A DNA stretch of 64,000 bases from Macrostomum lignano (Eukaryota), in the NCBI GenBank assembly GCA_002269645.1, contig NIVC01002129.1, forward strand, positions 62,001 to 126,000, given 5' to 3'. Positions 14,230 to 26,096 of the stretch are shown here, in pieces (positions within the stretch are counted from its first letter, which is position 1; each line of letters begins with the position of its first letter). The notes under the pieces are model-generated. The model was not told the origin of the DNA, did no database searches, and saw only the letters and a program-made list of their open reading frames with translations. The position numbers and the translations under genes were made by a program.

Positions 14230-15066
14230 AATTCCAACTGGTAGATAGTTAATTCCAACTGGCAGATTGTTAATTCCAACTGGCAGATTGTAAATTCCAA
14301 CTGGTGGATTGTAAATTTTAACTGGTAGATTGTAATTCCAAGTGGTAAATTGTAAATTTTAACTGGTAGATTGTAAATTCCAACTGGCAGATTGTAAATT
14401 CCAACCGTCAGATCGTAAATTCCAACTGGTAGATTGTAAATTCCAACTGATAGATTGTAAATTCCAACTGGTAGATTGTGAATTCCAACTGATAGATTGT
14501 AAATTCCAACTGGTAGATTGTGAATTCCAACTGATAGATTGTGAATTCCAACTGGTAGATTGTAAATTCCAACTGGTAGATTGTGAATTCCAACTGATAG
14601 ATTGTAAATTCCAACTGGTAGATTGTGAATTCCAACTGGTAGATTGTGAATTCCAACTGATAGATTGTAAATTCCAACTGGTAGATTGTAAATTCCAACT
14701 GATAGATTGTGAATTCCAACTGATAGATTGTAAATTCCAACTGGTAGATTGTGAATTCCAACTGATAGATTGTAAATTCCAACTGGTAGATTGTGAATTC
14801 CAACTGATAGATTGTAAATTCCAACTGGTAGATTGTAAATTCCAACTGATAGATTGTGAATTCCAACTGATAGATTGTAAATTCCAACTGGTAGATTGTG
14901 AATTCCAACTGATAGATTGTAAATTCCAACTGGTAGATTGTAAATTCCAACTGGTAGTTTACAAGTACCAACCAGCAGGTTGTAAAGTAGACTCAGTAGA
15001 TTGTGAGGTAAACTCGGTAGATTGTGACGTAAACTCGGTAGATTGTGAGGTAGACTCAGTAGATTG
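14230..15066. repeat. 21-bp intronic minisatellite with diverged flanks
   Basis: unit TAGATTGTAAATTCCAACTGG (ORF artefact YQLEFTI); variant TAGATTGTGAGGTAAACTCGG at the right end. Confidence 0.95.
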
Positions 15067-15114
15067 TTAATTCGATCAATTAGAATGTATCACTCTGTTG
15101 CCCCGCCTCCCCAG

Positions 15115-15352
15115 GCACTTCTACCACCGTTCTTGCATCGACCCTTGGCTGCTGGACCAGCGCAACTGCCCCCTGTGCAAGCTGGACATTCTCAAAGCTG
15201 TCGGCCTCGCCTTGCGCGACCGCCGTCAGCGACGTCGCCGCGGCTCCTCGGATCTGGAAGGTCGAATCCCATCGACTGCCGCCGGCGGTGCCGCCGTCGC
15301 TGGTGCTGCCGCCCCTTATGTCGACAGCATGGGTGGCGTGGCTTCTGTCGAG
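15115..15352 (+). CDS. Goliath/RNF130-family gene, exon 4 (C-terminal half of RING-H2)
   Basis: CCCCAG| acceptor; AA+G completes K; [28 protein letters not shown]; GAG|GTTTGT donor, phase 0. Confidence 0.93.
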
Positions 15353-15499
15353 GTTTGTCTGCCTACCCAACTGTTATTAACTTTCCAAATTACTCAGGCC
15401 TTGAGCTACTCAAACTCGAATCTACCTTAAGCACGATAGTTTGTGACTATTAGATCTCAACACAGTTCTAACTTTTAAGTGAAAAACTTACACACCTCA

Positions 15500-15832
15500 A
15501 TCTTCATGCCTACCGATATGTAGCGTAAATACCTTTTGCACACTGGAATCTTCATGCCTACCGATATGTAGCGTAAATACCCTTTACATACTGGAATCTT
15601 CATGCCTCCCGATATGTAGCGTAAATACCTTTTGCAACTGGAATCTTCATGCCTACCGATATGTAGCGTAAATACCTTTTGCACACTGGAGTCTTCATGC
15701 CTACCGATATGTAGCGTAAATACCTTTTACACACTGGAATATTCATGCCTACCGATATGTAGCGTAAATACCTTTTACACACTGGAATATTCATGCCTAC
15801 CGATATGTAGCGTAAACAGCTTTACACACTAG
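15500..15832. repeat. 48-bp minisatellite, array 1
   Basis: unit CATGCCTACCGATATGTAGCGTAAATACCTTTTGCACACTGGAATCTT. Confidence 0.93.
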
Positions 15833-15994
15833 AATCATCGTCTCTACGTAACATGCTAAAATTTCTTTCTAATTAAAACTACTGGTGACCTGCTTCGTAG
15901 CTAAAAAAAATTGTCAGGCATAAAAAAATTCATATCCTTGCTACAAAACTTGGATTTACTATATTTTTGAATTTGCACAATGTCGCATCCGCAG

Positions 15995-16237
15995 GACGGA
16001 GTCGATGACTATTACTCCTTAGCGGACAGCCTTGGCGGCATCAGCAGCAGCGGCGGTGGCGGCATCATCGGCTGCCTCGGCGGCGGCGCCAGATCCTCCG
16101 TCAATGCTGCCTCCTCTCTGTCCGATCCCGGCTCGCCCACTGTTGCCGCTGCTCCGGCTGCCCGGGCGTTCGCTGACGTGGAACCGCCCTCCGCCAGCGC
16201 TAACGGCAATCCGATTGATAATGGCGTTGTTTTGCTG
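15995..16237 (+). CDS. Goliath/RNF130-family gene, exon 5 (low-complexity cytoplasmic tail)
   Basis: CCGCAG| acceptor, phase 0, GC-rich DGVDDYYSLADSLGG...NGVVLL, CTG|GTGAGG donor at 16238. Confidence 0.78.
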
Positions 16238-16269
16238 GTGAGGCCCCATTGCCTTCAGATGGCGCGTTT

Positions 16270-17759
16270 GCTTTCTCTTTCCTCCTCTCCTCTCCCTCTT
16301 CTCTCCCCTCTCTTCTCTTCCCTCTCTTCTCTCCCATCTCTCCTCTCCCTCTTCTCTCCCCTCTCTTCTCTTCCCCTCTCTTCTCTCCCCTCTCTTCTCT
16401 TCCCTCTCTTCTCTCCCATCTCTCCTCTCCCTCTTCTCTCCCCTCTCTTCTCTTCCCCTCTCTTCTCTCTTCTCTCCGCCTCTTCTCTCCCTCTCTTCTC
16501 TTCCCCTCTCTTCTCTCTTCTCTCCGCCTCTTCTCTCCCTCTCTTCTCTTCCCCTCTCTTCTCTCTTCTCTCCGCCTCTTCTCTCCCTCTCTTCTCTTCC
16601 CTCTCTCCTCTCCCTCTTCTCTCCCCTCTCTTCTCTCCCTCTCTTCTCTCCGCCTCTTCTCTCCCTCTCTTCTCTTCCCTCTCTCCTCTCCCCTCTTCTC
16701 TTCCCTCTCTTCTCTCTTCTCTCCGCTCTTCTCTCCCTCTTCTCTCCCTCTCTTCTCTTCCCCTCTCTTCTCTCTTCTCTCCGCCTCTTCTCTCCCCTCT
16801 CTTCTCTTCCCTCTCTCCTCTCCCCTCTTCTCTCCCTCTCTTCTCTCTTCTTTACCTCTTCTCTCTTCTCTCTGCCTCTTCTCTCCCCTCTCTTCTCTCC
16901 CTCTCTTCTCTCCCTCTCTTTTCTCCCTCTCTTCTCTCCCTCTCTTCTCTCCCTCTCTTCTCTCCCTCTCTTCTCTCCCTCTCTTCTCTCCCTCTCTTCT
17001 CTCCCTCTCTTTTCTCCCTCTCTTCTCTCCCTCTCTTCTCTCCCTCTCTTCTCTCCCTCTCTTTTCTCCCCTCTCTTCTCTCTTCTCTCCCTCTCTTCTC
17101 TCCCTCTCTTCTCTCCCTCTCTTTTCTCCCTCTCTTCTCTCCCTCTCTTCTCTTCCCTCTCTCCTCTCCCCTCTTCTCTCCCCTCTCTTCTCTCCCTCTC
17201 TTTTCTCCCTCTCTTCTCTCCGCCTCTTCTCTCCCCTCTCTTCTCTTCCCTCTCTCATCTCCCCTCTTCTCTTCCCTCTCTTCTCTCTTCTCTCCGCCTC
17301 TTCTCTCCCCTCTTCTCTCCCTCTCTTCTCTTCCCCTCTCTTCTCTCTCTCTCCGCCTCTTCTCTCCCCTCTCTTCTCTTCCCTCTCTCCTCTCCCTCTT
17401 CTCTTCCCTCTCTTCTCTCTTCTTTACCTCTTCTCTCTTCTCTCTGCCTCTTCTCTCCCTCTCTTCTCTCCCTCTCTTCTCTCCTCTCTTCTCTCCCTCT
17501 CTTCTCTCCTCTCTTTCTCCCCTCTCTTCTCTCTTCTCTCCCTCTCTTCTCTCCCTCTCTTCTCTCCCTCTCTTTCTCCCTCTCTTCTCTCCCTCTCTTC
17601 TCTTCCCTCTCTCCTCTCCCCCTCTTCTCTCCCCTCTCTTCTCTCCCTCTCTTTTCTCCCTCTCTTCTCTCCGCCTCTTCTCTCCCCTCTCTTCTCTTCC
17701 CTCTCTCCTCTCCCCTCTTCTCTTCCCTCTCTTCTCTCTTCTCTCCGCTCTTCTCTCCC

Positions 17760-17797
<38 letters not shown>

Positions 17798-18578
17798 TTC
17801 TCTCCGCCTCTTCTCTCCCCTCTCTCTCTTCCTCTCTCCTCTCCCCTCTTCTCTTCCCTCTCTTCTCTCTTCTTTACCTCTTCTCTCTTCTCTCTGCCTC
17901 TTCTCTCCCCTCTCTTCTCTCCCTCTCTTCTCTCCTCCTTCTTCTCTCCCTCTCTTCTCTCCCTCTCTTCTCTCCCTCTCTTTTCTCCCTCTCTTCTCTC
18001 CCTCTCTTCTCTCCCTCTCTTCTCTCCCTCTCTTTTCTCCCTCTCTTCTCTCCCTCTCTTCTCTCCCTCTCTTGTCTCTTCTCTCCCTCTCTTCTCTCCC
18101 TCTCTTCTCTCCCCTCTCTTCTCTCTTCTTTACCTCTTCTCTCTTCTCTCCCTCTCTTCTCTCCCTCTCTTCTCTCCCTCTCTTTTCTCCCTCTCTTCTC
18201 TCCTCTCTCTCTCTCTCTCCTCCTCTCTTTTCTCCCTCTCTTCTCTCCCTCTCTTCTCTTCAGACTCTCTTCTCTATTCTTTACCTCTCCTCTCTTCTCT
18301 CTGCCTCTCACTCCCCTCTCTTTTCTCTTCTCTCCTCTCTTCTCTCCCTTTCTTCTCTCCCTATCTTATCTTCTCTCTTGTCTCCCTCCCTTTTTTCTTC
18401 TCTCCCTCTCTCTCTCCCATTCTCCTCCCTCTCCTCTCCCTCTCTTCTCCCTCTCTTCTCCCCTCTCTTCTCTTCTCTCTTGTCTCCTTTTGTTCTTCCT
18501 GTCTTCTCTTCAGAAAACATACAGGCAGACCGGTTTCTTCCCTTCCCTCTCTTCCTGTGTAATTTCTCCTCGCATCCT

Positions 18579-18622
<44 letters not shown>

Positions 18623-18625
18623 TTT
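16270..18625. repeat. about 2.35-kb polypyrimidine (CT-rich) low-complexity tract
   Basis: almost only C/T (CTCTT/CTCTCC motifs); produces the spurious 860-, 794- and 352-aa ORFs. Confidence 0.97.
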
Positions 18626-18827
18626 TTAATTAAATAATCTCTCGACGGGGCGTCCCTACCTTTCCTGTGCTTTGATATGGGAAATTGGAAAAAATGAAAT
18701 AATTCTTCCTTTTATTTCGAAATTTGCAGTCTTTCAACTGCCTTGGCTGTCAAATTTAATATGAATATTCATCTACTTAAAACTGGCGGGCCTGGCATTG
18801 CGTCTGACCCTGCCTTCCGTCTTCCAG

Positions 18828-18998
18828 CCCAGATTTTTCCGCACTCCCCCTACCTTACGTTCGTCAATTCTTGTTAGGAAAAGTGCCTACGATTTAGAGT
18901 GCAAGCCTGACGCGCTGCATCCTTTTATTGTGATTGTCTGCTCACTCCCGTCCGTGCGGGCCTCCTCTGATCTCTCTGACTGTCTGCCGCTGTGCTGA
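18828..18998 (+). CDS. candidate terminal exon A of the RING gene
   Basis: CCTTCCGTCTTCCAG| acceptor, phase 0, PRFFRTPP...CLPLC*; no homology support. Confidence 0.35.
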   Translation, partial: PRFFRTPPTLRSSILVRKSAYDLECKPDALHPFIVIVCSLPSVRASSDLSDCLPLC

Positions 18999-19040
18999 GC
19001 AGCTTTGAGTGGATTGCGGGATGTCAGACAGGCCGGCACT

Positions 19041-19066
19041 AAAGACAGACAGACAGACAGACAGAC

Positions 19067-19108
<42 letters not shown>

Positions 19109-19156
19109 AAGACAGACAGACAGACAGACAACAGACAGACAGACAGACAGACAGAA

Positions 19157-19209
<53 letters not shown>

Positions 19210-19347
19210 CTAAGACAGAGATAGACAAGACAGCCAGACAGACAGACAGACAGAGACAGACAGACAGACAGAGACAGACAGACAGCAGACAGACAGAGAC
19301 AGACAGACAGCCAGACAGACAGAGACAGACAGACAGACAGACAGACA
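19041..19347. repeat. (GACA)n microsatellite
   Basis: interrupted GACA repeats. Confidence 0.97.
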
Positions 19348-19839
19348 GTCTCCTGTGTCAGCAGCCCATGCTTCAATTGAGAAGTGAAAAGCTACTCATC
19401 AAAAGTGCATCCTTTTCTATAGCTACTCAGACTCGATCAGTCAGCCACTGCAAGCCGTAGCCTCTGCCCGAGTCCCATCAGTTGGCGCAGAACTGAGGCT
19501 GTTTTCCCCCAACCCGATGGCTGCTCTCAGCTTTCACTCTGCCCCGGTTCAATCCGTCTCTCCCTCTCCCCTTACTGGCCTGCTATAAATGGAATTCTGT
19601 TTGTAACCGGGTTTTTCGAGGCAGGCTTTTTATTGAGAGGTCTGGCCCACTGTAGCAGAGGTTTTTTGAGACGTTTTTCCCGCCGATTCTGGGCAAATTG
19701 GGCAAGCTTTTAGTTGGGAGATGAATAGGAAATGTTTATTTATTAGCTTTCGATTCTTTTCACGTGGCAGCCAATTTCTTGATGTCAATATCGACAGCCA
19801 TCAATGCCGTTAACTTTTCTACAAAGCGCAATTTTATTT

Positions 19840-20390
19840 CTACCGATATGTATTGTAAATAGCTTCACACACAGCAATCAACATGCCTACCGATATGTAG
19901 CGTAGATAGCTTCACATACATGAATCAACATGCCTACCGATATGTAGCGTGAATAGCTTTTGCACATATGAATCTTCATGCCTACCAATATGTAGCGTAA
20001 GTGGCTTTTACTCACAGGAATCAGCATGCCTACCGATATGTAGCGTAAATAGCTTCACATACATGAATCAACATGCCTACCGATATGTATCGTAAAAAGC
20101 TTCATACACGGGAATCAACATGCCTACTGATGTGTAGCGTGAATAGCTTTTGCATTCAGGAATCCTCATGCCTACCGATATGTAGCGTAAATGGCTTTTG
20201 CTCACGGGAATCAAAATGCCTACCGACATGTATTGTAAGTAGCTTCACACCTAGGAATCAATAGGCCTTCTGAGATATAGCTTAAATAGATTTTACACAG
20301 AAATCAACAAGCCTACCGATATGTAGCGTAAATGGCTTTTGCACTTAAGAATCTTCATGTCTACCGATATGTAGCGCAAATGGCCTAAGG
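19840..20390. repeat. 48-bp minisatellite, array 2 (more diverged relative of 15500-15832)
   Basis: same CATGCCTACCGATATGTAGCGTAA core. Confidence 0.92.
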
Positions 20391-20918
20391 TATTTTCAGC
20401 CAGTTTAGCAGACCGGATTTACTGTCTATCAGGTTTACTCCCCACTTTCCTCTGTACCGGTTGTAGCTAATAATTAAAAGGTTAATTAAAAGTTAAAAAT
20501 AATTTTTTTAGAACGTGCAGTCGGACCGAATCAGAGGTTTCCAAAATTTGAGTAGTTGCTGACTGACGGATCTAGCTAGTGGAGAGCACAGAGCAGACTT
20601 GATCTTAGCTTTGCACGCATGATCTGCAGTGGCGGATTACGAGTATGATGGGGAGTTCCTAGGCTTATTCTTAAGTCAGGCTGGGCTGAAGGCTCCTGTC
20701 CTAGGAGCCCTAGGGGGATTTACGAAAATCTAATTTGAACGCAGCCTCGCCTCCCCTTTCTGTGTGCGTGTGTGTGTTTTTCAGGCGGGGTTCGGGGTTG
20801 AGGGGAATTGACTATAGGGAAGCTTATAGGAGGTGAGGGAGAGAGGCAGGGAGTTGAAAGCAAAAATGGCTCTGGGATGAGTTGAGCCGGGGGGAGAGGT
20901 GATGGGCCTGCAGCTCGC

Positions 20919-21056
20919 TGACGTCAAAGGCGTCACTAGAAGTGCAAAGTACGTGTGCTCCACTCCTCGTCTCCCATCCTTCTCATCATTTTTTGCCAGG
21001 AGAATACTCCGTAATCCATCCATCCACCTATAAATAGCCGGGCGACTCTGCAGTCT
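20919..21056 (+). promoter_or_regulatory. core-promoter-like module (CRE, TATA, Inr-like)
   Basis: TGACGTCA 20919-20926, TATAAATA 21029-21036, GCAGTC 21050-21055; downstream gene not identified. Confidence 0.45.
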
Positions 21057-21254
21057 TTTATCTGTGAACTAAATAAAAGGCTCTTCTAATGTTTTTTTGA
21101 AGATTAATTAAAGAAACGCTCAACTACAAAGGATAAAGAGAATGACTTACGCTTAAGATTGTCGCAGACATGGCGTCGTCATCGGTTTTATGGAATGGGG
21201 TGGACAAAGCCAAGAATTCTAGATGTATATTGTTTTGAGAATCGGTATTGTTAG

Positions 21255-22015
21255 CACTCATTTTAGCGCCTCAGGCACTCATTTTGGCGCCAAAGTTACT
21301 CATTCTAGCGCCACAGGCACTCATTTTAGCGCCGCAGGCACTCATTTTGGCGCCAAAGTTACTCATTTTAGCGCCGCAGGCACTCATTTTGGCGCCAAAG
21401 TTACTCATTTTAGCGTCACAGGCAGTCATTTTAGCGCCGCAGGCAGTCATTTTAGCTCCGCAGGCACTCATTTTAGCGCCGCAGGCACTCATTTTAGCGC
21501 CGCAGGCACTCATTTTAGCTCCGCAGGCACTCATTTTAGCTCCGCAGGCACTCATTTTAGCGCCGCAGTCACTCATTTTAGCTCCACAGGCACTCATTTT
21601 AGCTCCACAGGCACTCATTTTAGCTCCGCAGGCACTCATTTTAGCGCCGCAGGCACTCATTTTAGCGCCGCAGGCACTCATTTTAGCTCCGCAGGCACTC
21701 ATTTTAGCTCTGCAGGCACTCATTTTGGCTCCGCAGGCACTTATTTTAGCGCCACAGGCACTCATTTTAGCGCCGCAAGCACTCATTTTAGCGCCGCAGG
21801 CACTCATTTTAGCTCCGCAGGCACTCATTTTAGCTCCGCAGGCACTCATTTTGGCTCCGCAGGCACTCATTTTAGCGCCACAGGCACTCATTTTAGCGCC
21901 GCAGGCACTCATTTTAGCGCCACAGGCACTCATTTTAGCGCCGCAGGCACTCATTTTAGCGCCACAGGCACTCATTTTGGCGCCGCAAGCAGACACTCAT
22001 TTTGGCGCCGCAGGC
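21255..22015. repeat. 21-bp minisatellite
   Basis: unit GCAGGCACTCATTTTAGCGCC; open in several frames (283-, 304- and 241-aa artefact ORFs). Confidence 0.96.
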
Positions 22016-22406
22016 GTTCTGAATTCTGGCGCCCTGAGCAATATTATAGATTTCCACAACGGCTCACAAGGTGAGGTGGGGGGGGGGACAAAGCATTGGC
22101 ATGTCCCCCCTCCACCAGCCGACAACCCTAGCAGCAGAATCTTAATTTCTGAGCACAAATAAAACGGCCCTTCTTAGGGCAACTTAGTAGAAAAGCGAAC
22201 CATGATTCTACTTTGGCATATTTTTCATTCATGGCGGCCCCATCTGTTCGTATTATTGGGGTGAAAGACTAAAATAGTAAAAATCTTCTTTATCAAAACA
22301 TGTTCTGTAATATTTTTCAGTTTTATTTTTGTTTAGACTTCAAACGGCCCTTTTTAGGGCGCACTGTTCAGTTTTAGTAATATGTTTCCTCGCTAATACT
22401 TTGCAG

Positions 22407-22511
22407 ACGGTTCCTATTAGAGCTGAGAGCCCGTCTTCGGTGGACGATGAAGATGCCGAAGTATTTTATCCCCTGGTGCACCAGCAGCAGCCGCAACCGC
22501 TTAACACCTAA
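22407..22511 (+). CDS. candidate terminal exon B (of the RING gene or another gene)
   Basis: branch-like CTAAT plus ACTTTGCAG| acceptor, phase 0, TVPIRAESPSSVDDEDAEVFYPLVHQQQPQPLNT*. Confidence 0.4.
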   Translation, partial: TVPIRAESPSSVDDEDAEVFYPLVHQQQPQPLNT

Positions 22512-22959
22512 ACAACAGATTTCCCTGTTATAAAAGTGTGATGGCCACAATTTTTTGGTGACCTTCAAGTGTCACCACCCGTGATGCGACCGCCTGTTAA
22601 TAATGTGACACTGGTTTATTTGACGGTCACATCAACGTGTCAGAATGAAGGGTCGAAATGTGACCGTACCACTTTTATACAGACTGTCTGAGAAAATAAG
22701 AGATTCTGTGTCGCTAAAGAATCCTTAATAAATTAATCTAGATTCAAAATAGATGTGCAATCCATTTCAAACAGCTCTTACTCTTATATAAATATTATTT
22801 TTTCAGTTTTCAATTCGCGCTGTTGCTTATCTTGTTGCTGTTGTGTTTCACGTCAGTGATTGCCTCCATCGCAGGTCGATACTGATTTTTATAAAAAAAT
22901 AGACGCTGTTAAATCTGCAAATTAAATGCTTAAATATATATAAAATTTACACTGGAAAT

Positions 22960-23500
22960 GCCTATCCCCATCCTGGGTATAGGGTGCCCCATCCTGAGTA
23001 TTGGATTCCCCATCCTGAGTATTGGATTCCCCATCCTGGGTATAGGGTGCCCCATCCTGAGTATTGGATTCCCCATCCTGAGTATTGGATTCCCCATCCT
23101 GGGTATAGGGTGCCCCATCCTGAGTATTGGATTCCCCATCCTGAGTATTGGATTCCCCATCCTGGATATAGGGTGCCCCATCCTGAGTATTAGATTCCCT
23201 ATCCTGAATATTGGATTCCCCATTCTGAATATTGGTTTGCTAATCCTAAGTATCGGATTCCCCATCCTGAATATTGGATTCCCCATCCTGAGTATTGGAT
23301 TCCCCATCCTGAATATTGGATTCCCCATCCTGAATATTGGATTCCCCATCCTGAGTATTGGATTCCCCATTCTGAATATTGGATTCCCCATTCTGAATAT
23401 TGGATTCCCCATTCTGAATATTGGATTCCCCATCCTGAATATTGGATTCCCCATTCTGAGTATGTTATTCTCCCATCCTGAATATTATTGGATTCCCCAT
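22960..23500. repeat. 21-bp minisatellite
   Basis: unit ATTGGATTCCCCATCCTGAGT. Confidence 0.96.
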
Positions 23501-24077
23501 CTTGAATGCAAAATTCCCTAAACAGATTCTGAATCGTATGCTATTTGAGACGTAAATTTCATGCTTTTTTCTGCTTTTTTACACTCTAGTCTGTTGTTAT
23601 ATGCAAGCGAATATCAATTAGTCTGCAAGTTTTTTGTGCATGTGCTTCAACCTTTGTGTCACTACACCCTGTGTGCGTACTAACAGTAATCATGAGCAGG
23701 TTTTTAGTGTTTAGTATTCTTGGCTGTTAGCACTGCACAATGCTTAAATGTATAATTGTAGCCCTGTTTTGAAGCAGATCTCCTTTGTTTATGTCAACTT
23801 TTTAACATCGCAACCTGCCCCTCTTCAGTGCAGAACTTTTTTTTCAATTTATATGTTGTATATTGAAATAATAGTTTATTTTCAATGCAATAATATATTT
23901 GCCTAATTGCGCGAGTCATTTATCATTACGACTATCGAGATTCTATTCGTCTGAATCAACAAAATATTTTTAATTTGACAAAATTGTTTTGCTAAGTCTT
24001 GCATTTACTTGGTCAAAATACGCATTGACAGAACAGTAGCATTGAATGTATTTATTGACTAAATTAGTTAAATAAGT

Positions 24078-24972
24078 CAGTAGAATGGATTGCTAATCTA
24101 GCCAACATCATGGAGATGAATTGGAATAGAATGGATTGCTAATCTAGCCAACATCATGGAGATGAATTGGAATAGAATGGATTGCTAATCTAGCCAATAT
24201 CATGAGATGAATTGGAATAGAATGGATTGCTAATCTAGCCAATATCATGAGATGAATTGGAATAGAATGGATTGCTAATCTAGCCAATATCATGAGATGA
24301 ATTGGAATAGAATGGATTGCTAATCTAGCCAATATCATGAGATGAATTGGAATAGAATGGATTGCTAATCTAGCCAATATCATGAGATGAATTGGAATAA
24401 AATGGATTGCTAATCTAGCCAATATCATGAGATGAATTGGAATAGAATGGATTGCTAATCTAGCCAATATCATGTGATGAATTTGAATAGAATGGATTGC
24501 TAATCTAGCCAATATCATGGAGATGAATTGGAATAGAATGGATTGCTAATCTAGCCAATATCATGAGATGAATTGGAATAGAATGGATTGCTAATCTAGC
24601 CAATATCATGAGATGAATTGGAATAGAATGGATTGCTAATCTAGCCAATATCATGAGATGAATTGGAATAGAATGGATTGCTAATCTAGCCAATATCATG
24701 TGATGAATTTGAATAGAATGGATTGCTAATCTAGCCAATATCATGGAGATGAATTTGAATAGAATGGATTGCTAATCTAGCGAGTATCATTGGTTGAATT
24801 GGAATATAATGGATTGCTAATGTTGTTAATATCATGGATATAATTTTGGAATAAAATGCATTGCTAATCTAGCGGGTATCATTGGATGAATTAGAATATA
24901 ATGGATTGCTAATCTAGCGAGTATCATTGGTTGAATTGGAATAGAATGAACTGCTAATCTAGCCAATATCAT
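24078..24972. repeat. 45-bp minisatellite
   Basis: unit GAATGGATTGCTAATCTAGCCAATATCATGAGATGAATTGGAATA. Confidence 0.97.
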
Positions 24973-25367
24973 GGGAACCGAAAGCAGAACGCTAGTCTGG
25001 CCGGTCAGCCAGCCAGCCAAAGAAGAAGCTTTGTGAAGGAGCTCTGGCTGGCATCGCAAATACTGCTGGACATCTTTCTGCCCAGATGCACAGATCGAGA
25101 AGGTGATTTCTTTTGAAGCTGCTCATGGTTGCTTGCACTATCTAAGTTACTAGTACATCTGTTTAAGTTGGTGCAAAAGTTCACCCAGCAAATTTGGGTC
25201 GCCAGCTAATTTTGATATCTCTGAAATGCGATCTTAGTTATGATCTTTACTCCATGGACGTCAATGTTTAAGAATGATTGTTATTCGTATGAGAGTTTGC
25301 TGCTGGCATTCTTTGTGCCGATGTCCGAATTATCAATTTGTTTGCCTTTTTCCCAACGTCTGTGGAT

Positions 25368-26096
25368 TGTTCCCTTTGGTCTATGGGTGGGATAGGGAAA
25401 TCTGTATTGAGTATTGTTCCCTTTGGTCTATGGGTGGGATAGGGAAATCTGTATTGAGTATTGTTCCCTTTGGTCTATGGGTGGGATAGGGAAATCTGTA
25501 TTGAGTATTGTTCCCTTTTGTCTATGGTTGGGATAGGGAAATCTGTATTGAGTATTGTTCCCTTTGGTCTATGGGTGGGATAGGGAAATCTGTATTGAGT
25601 ATTGTTCCCTTTGGTCTATGGGTGGGATAGGGAAATCTGTATTGAGTATTGTTCCCTTTTGTCTATGGTTGGGATAGGGAAATCTGTATTGAGTATTGTT
25701 CCCTTTGGTCTATGGGTGGGATAGGGAAATCTGTATTGAGTATTGTTCCCTTTGGTCTATGGGTGGGATAGGGAAATCTGTATTGAGTATTGTTCCCTTT
25801 GGTCTATGGGTGGGATAGGGAAATCTGTATTGAGTATTGTTCCCTTTTGTCTATGGTTGGGATAGGGAAATCTGTATTGAGTATTGTTCCCTTTGGTCTA
25901 TGGGTGGGATAGGGAAATCTGTATTGAGTATTGTTCCCTTTGGTCTATGGGTGGGATAGGGAAATCTGTATTGAGTATTGTTCCCTTTTGTCTATGGGTG
26001 GGATAGGGAAATCTGTATTGATCGAGTATTGTTCCCTTTTGTCTATGGGTGGGATAGGGAAATCTGTATTGAGTATTGTTCCCTTTTGTCTATGGT
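25368..26096. repeat. 47-bp minisatellite with three G-tracts per unit
   Basis: unit TGTTCCCTTTGGTCTATGGGTGGGATAGGGAAATCTGTATTGAGTAT. Confidence 0.97.

Noticed and set aside
15980-18633. Long 860-, 794- and 352-aa ORFs
   Set aside because: They arise from a stop-free CT tract; only the first about 86 codons overlap real exon 5.
15500-20390. 48-bp arrays with a conserved core and variable half, superficially CRISPR-like
   Set aside because: The 'spacers' are homologous to each other, the context is a eukaryotic intron/intergenic region, and no cas genes are present; this is a minisatellite.
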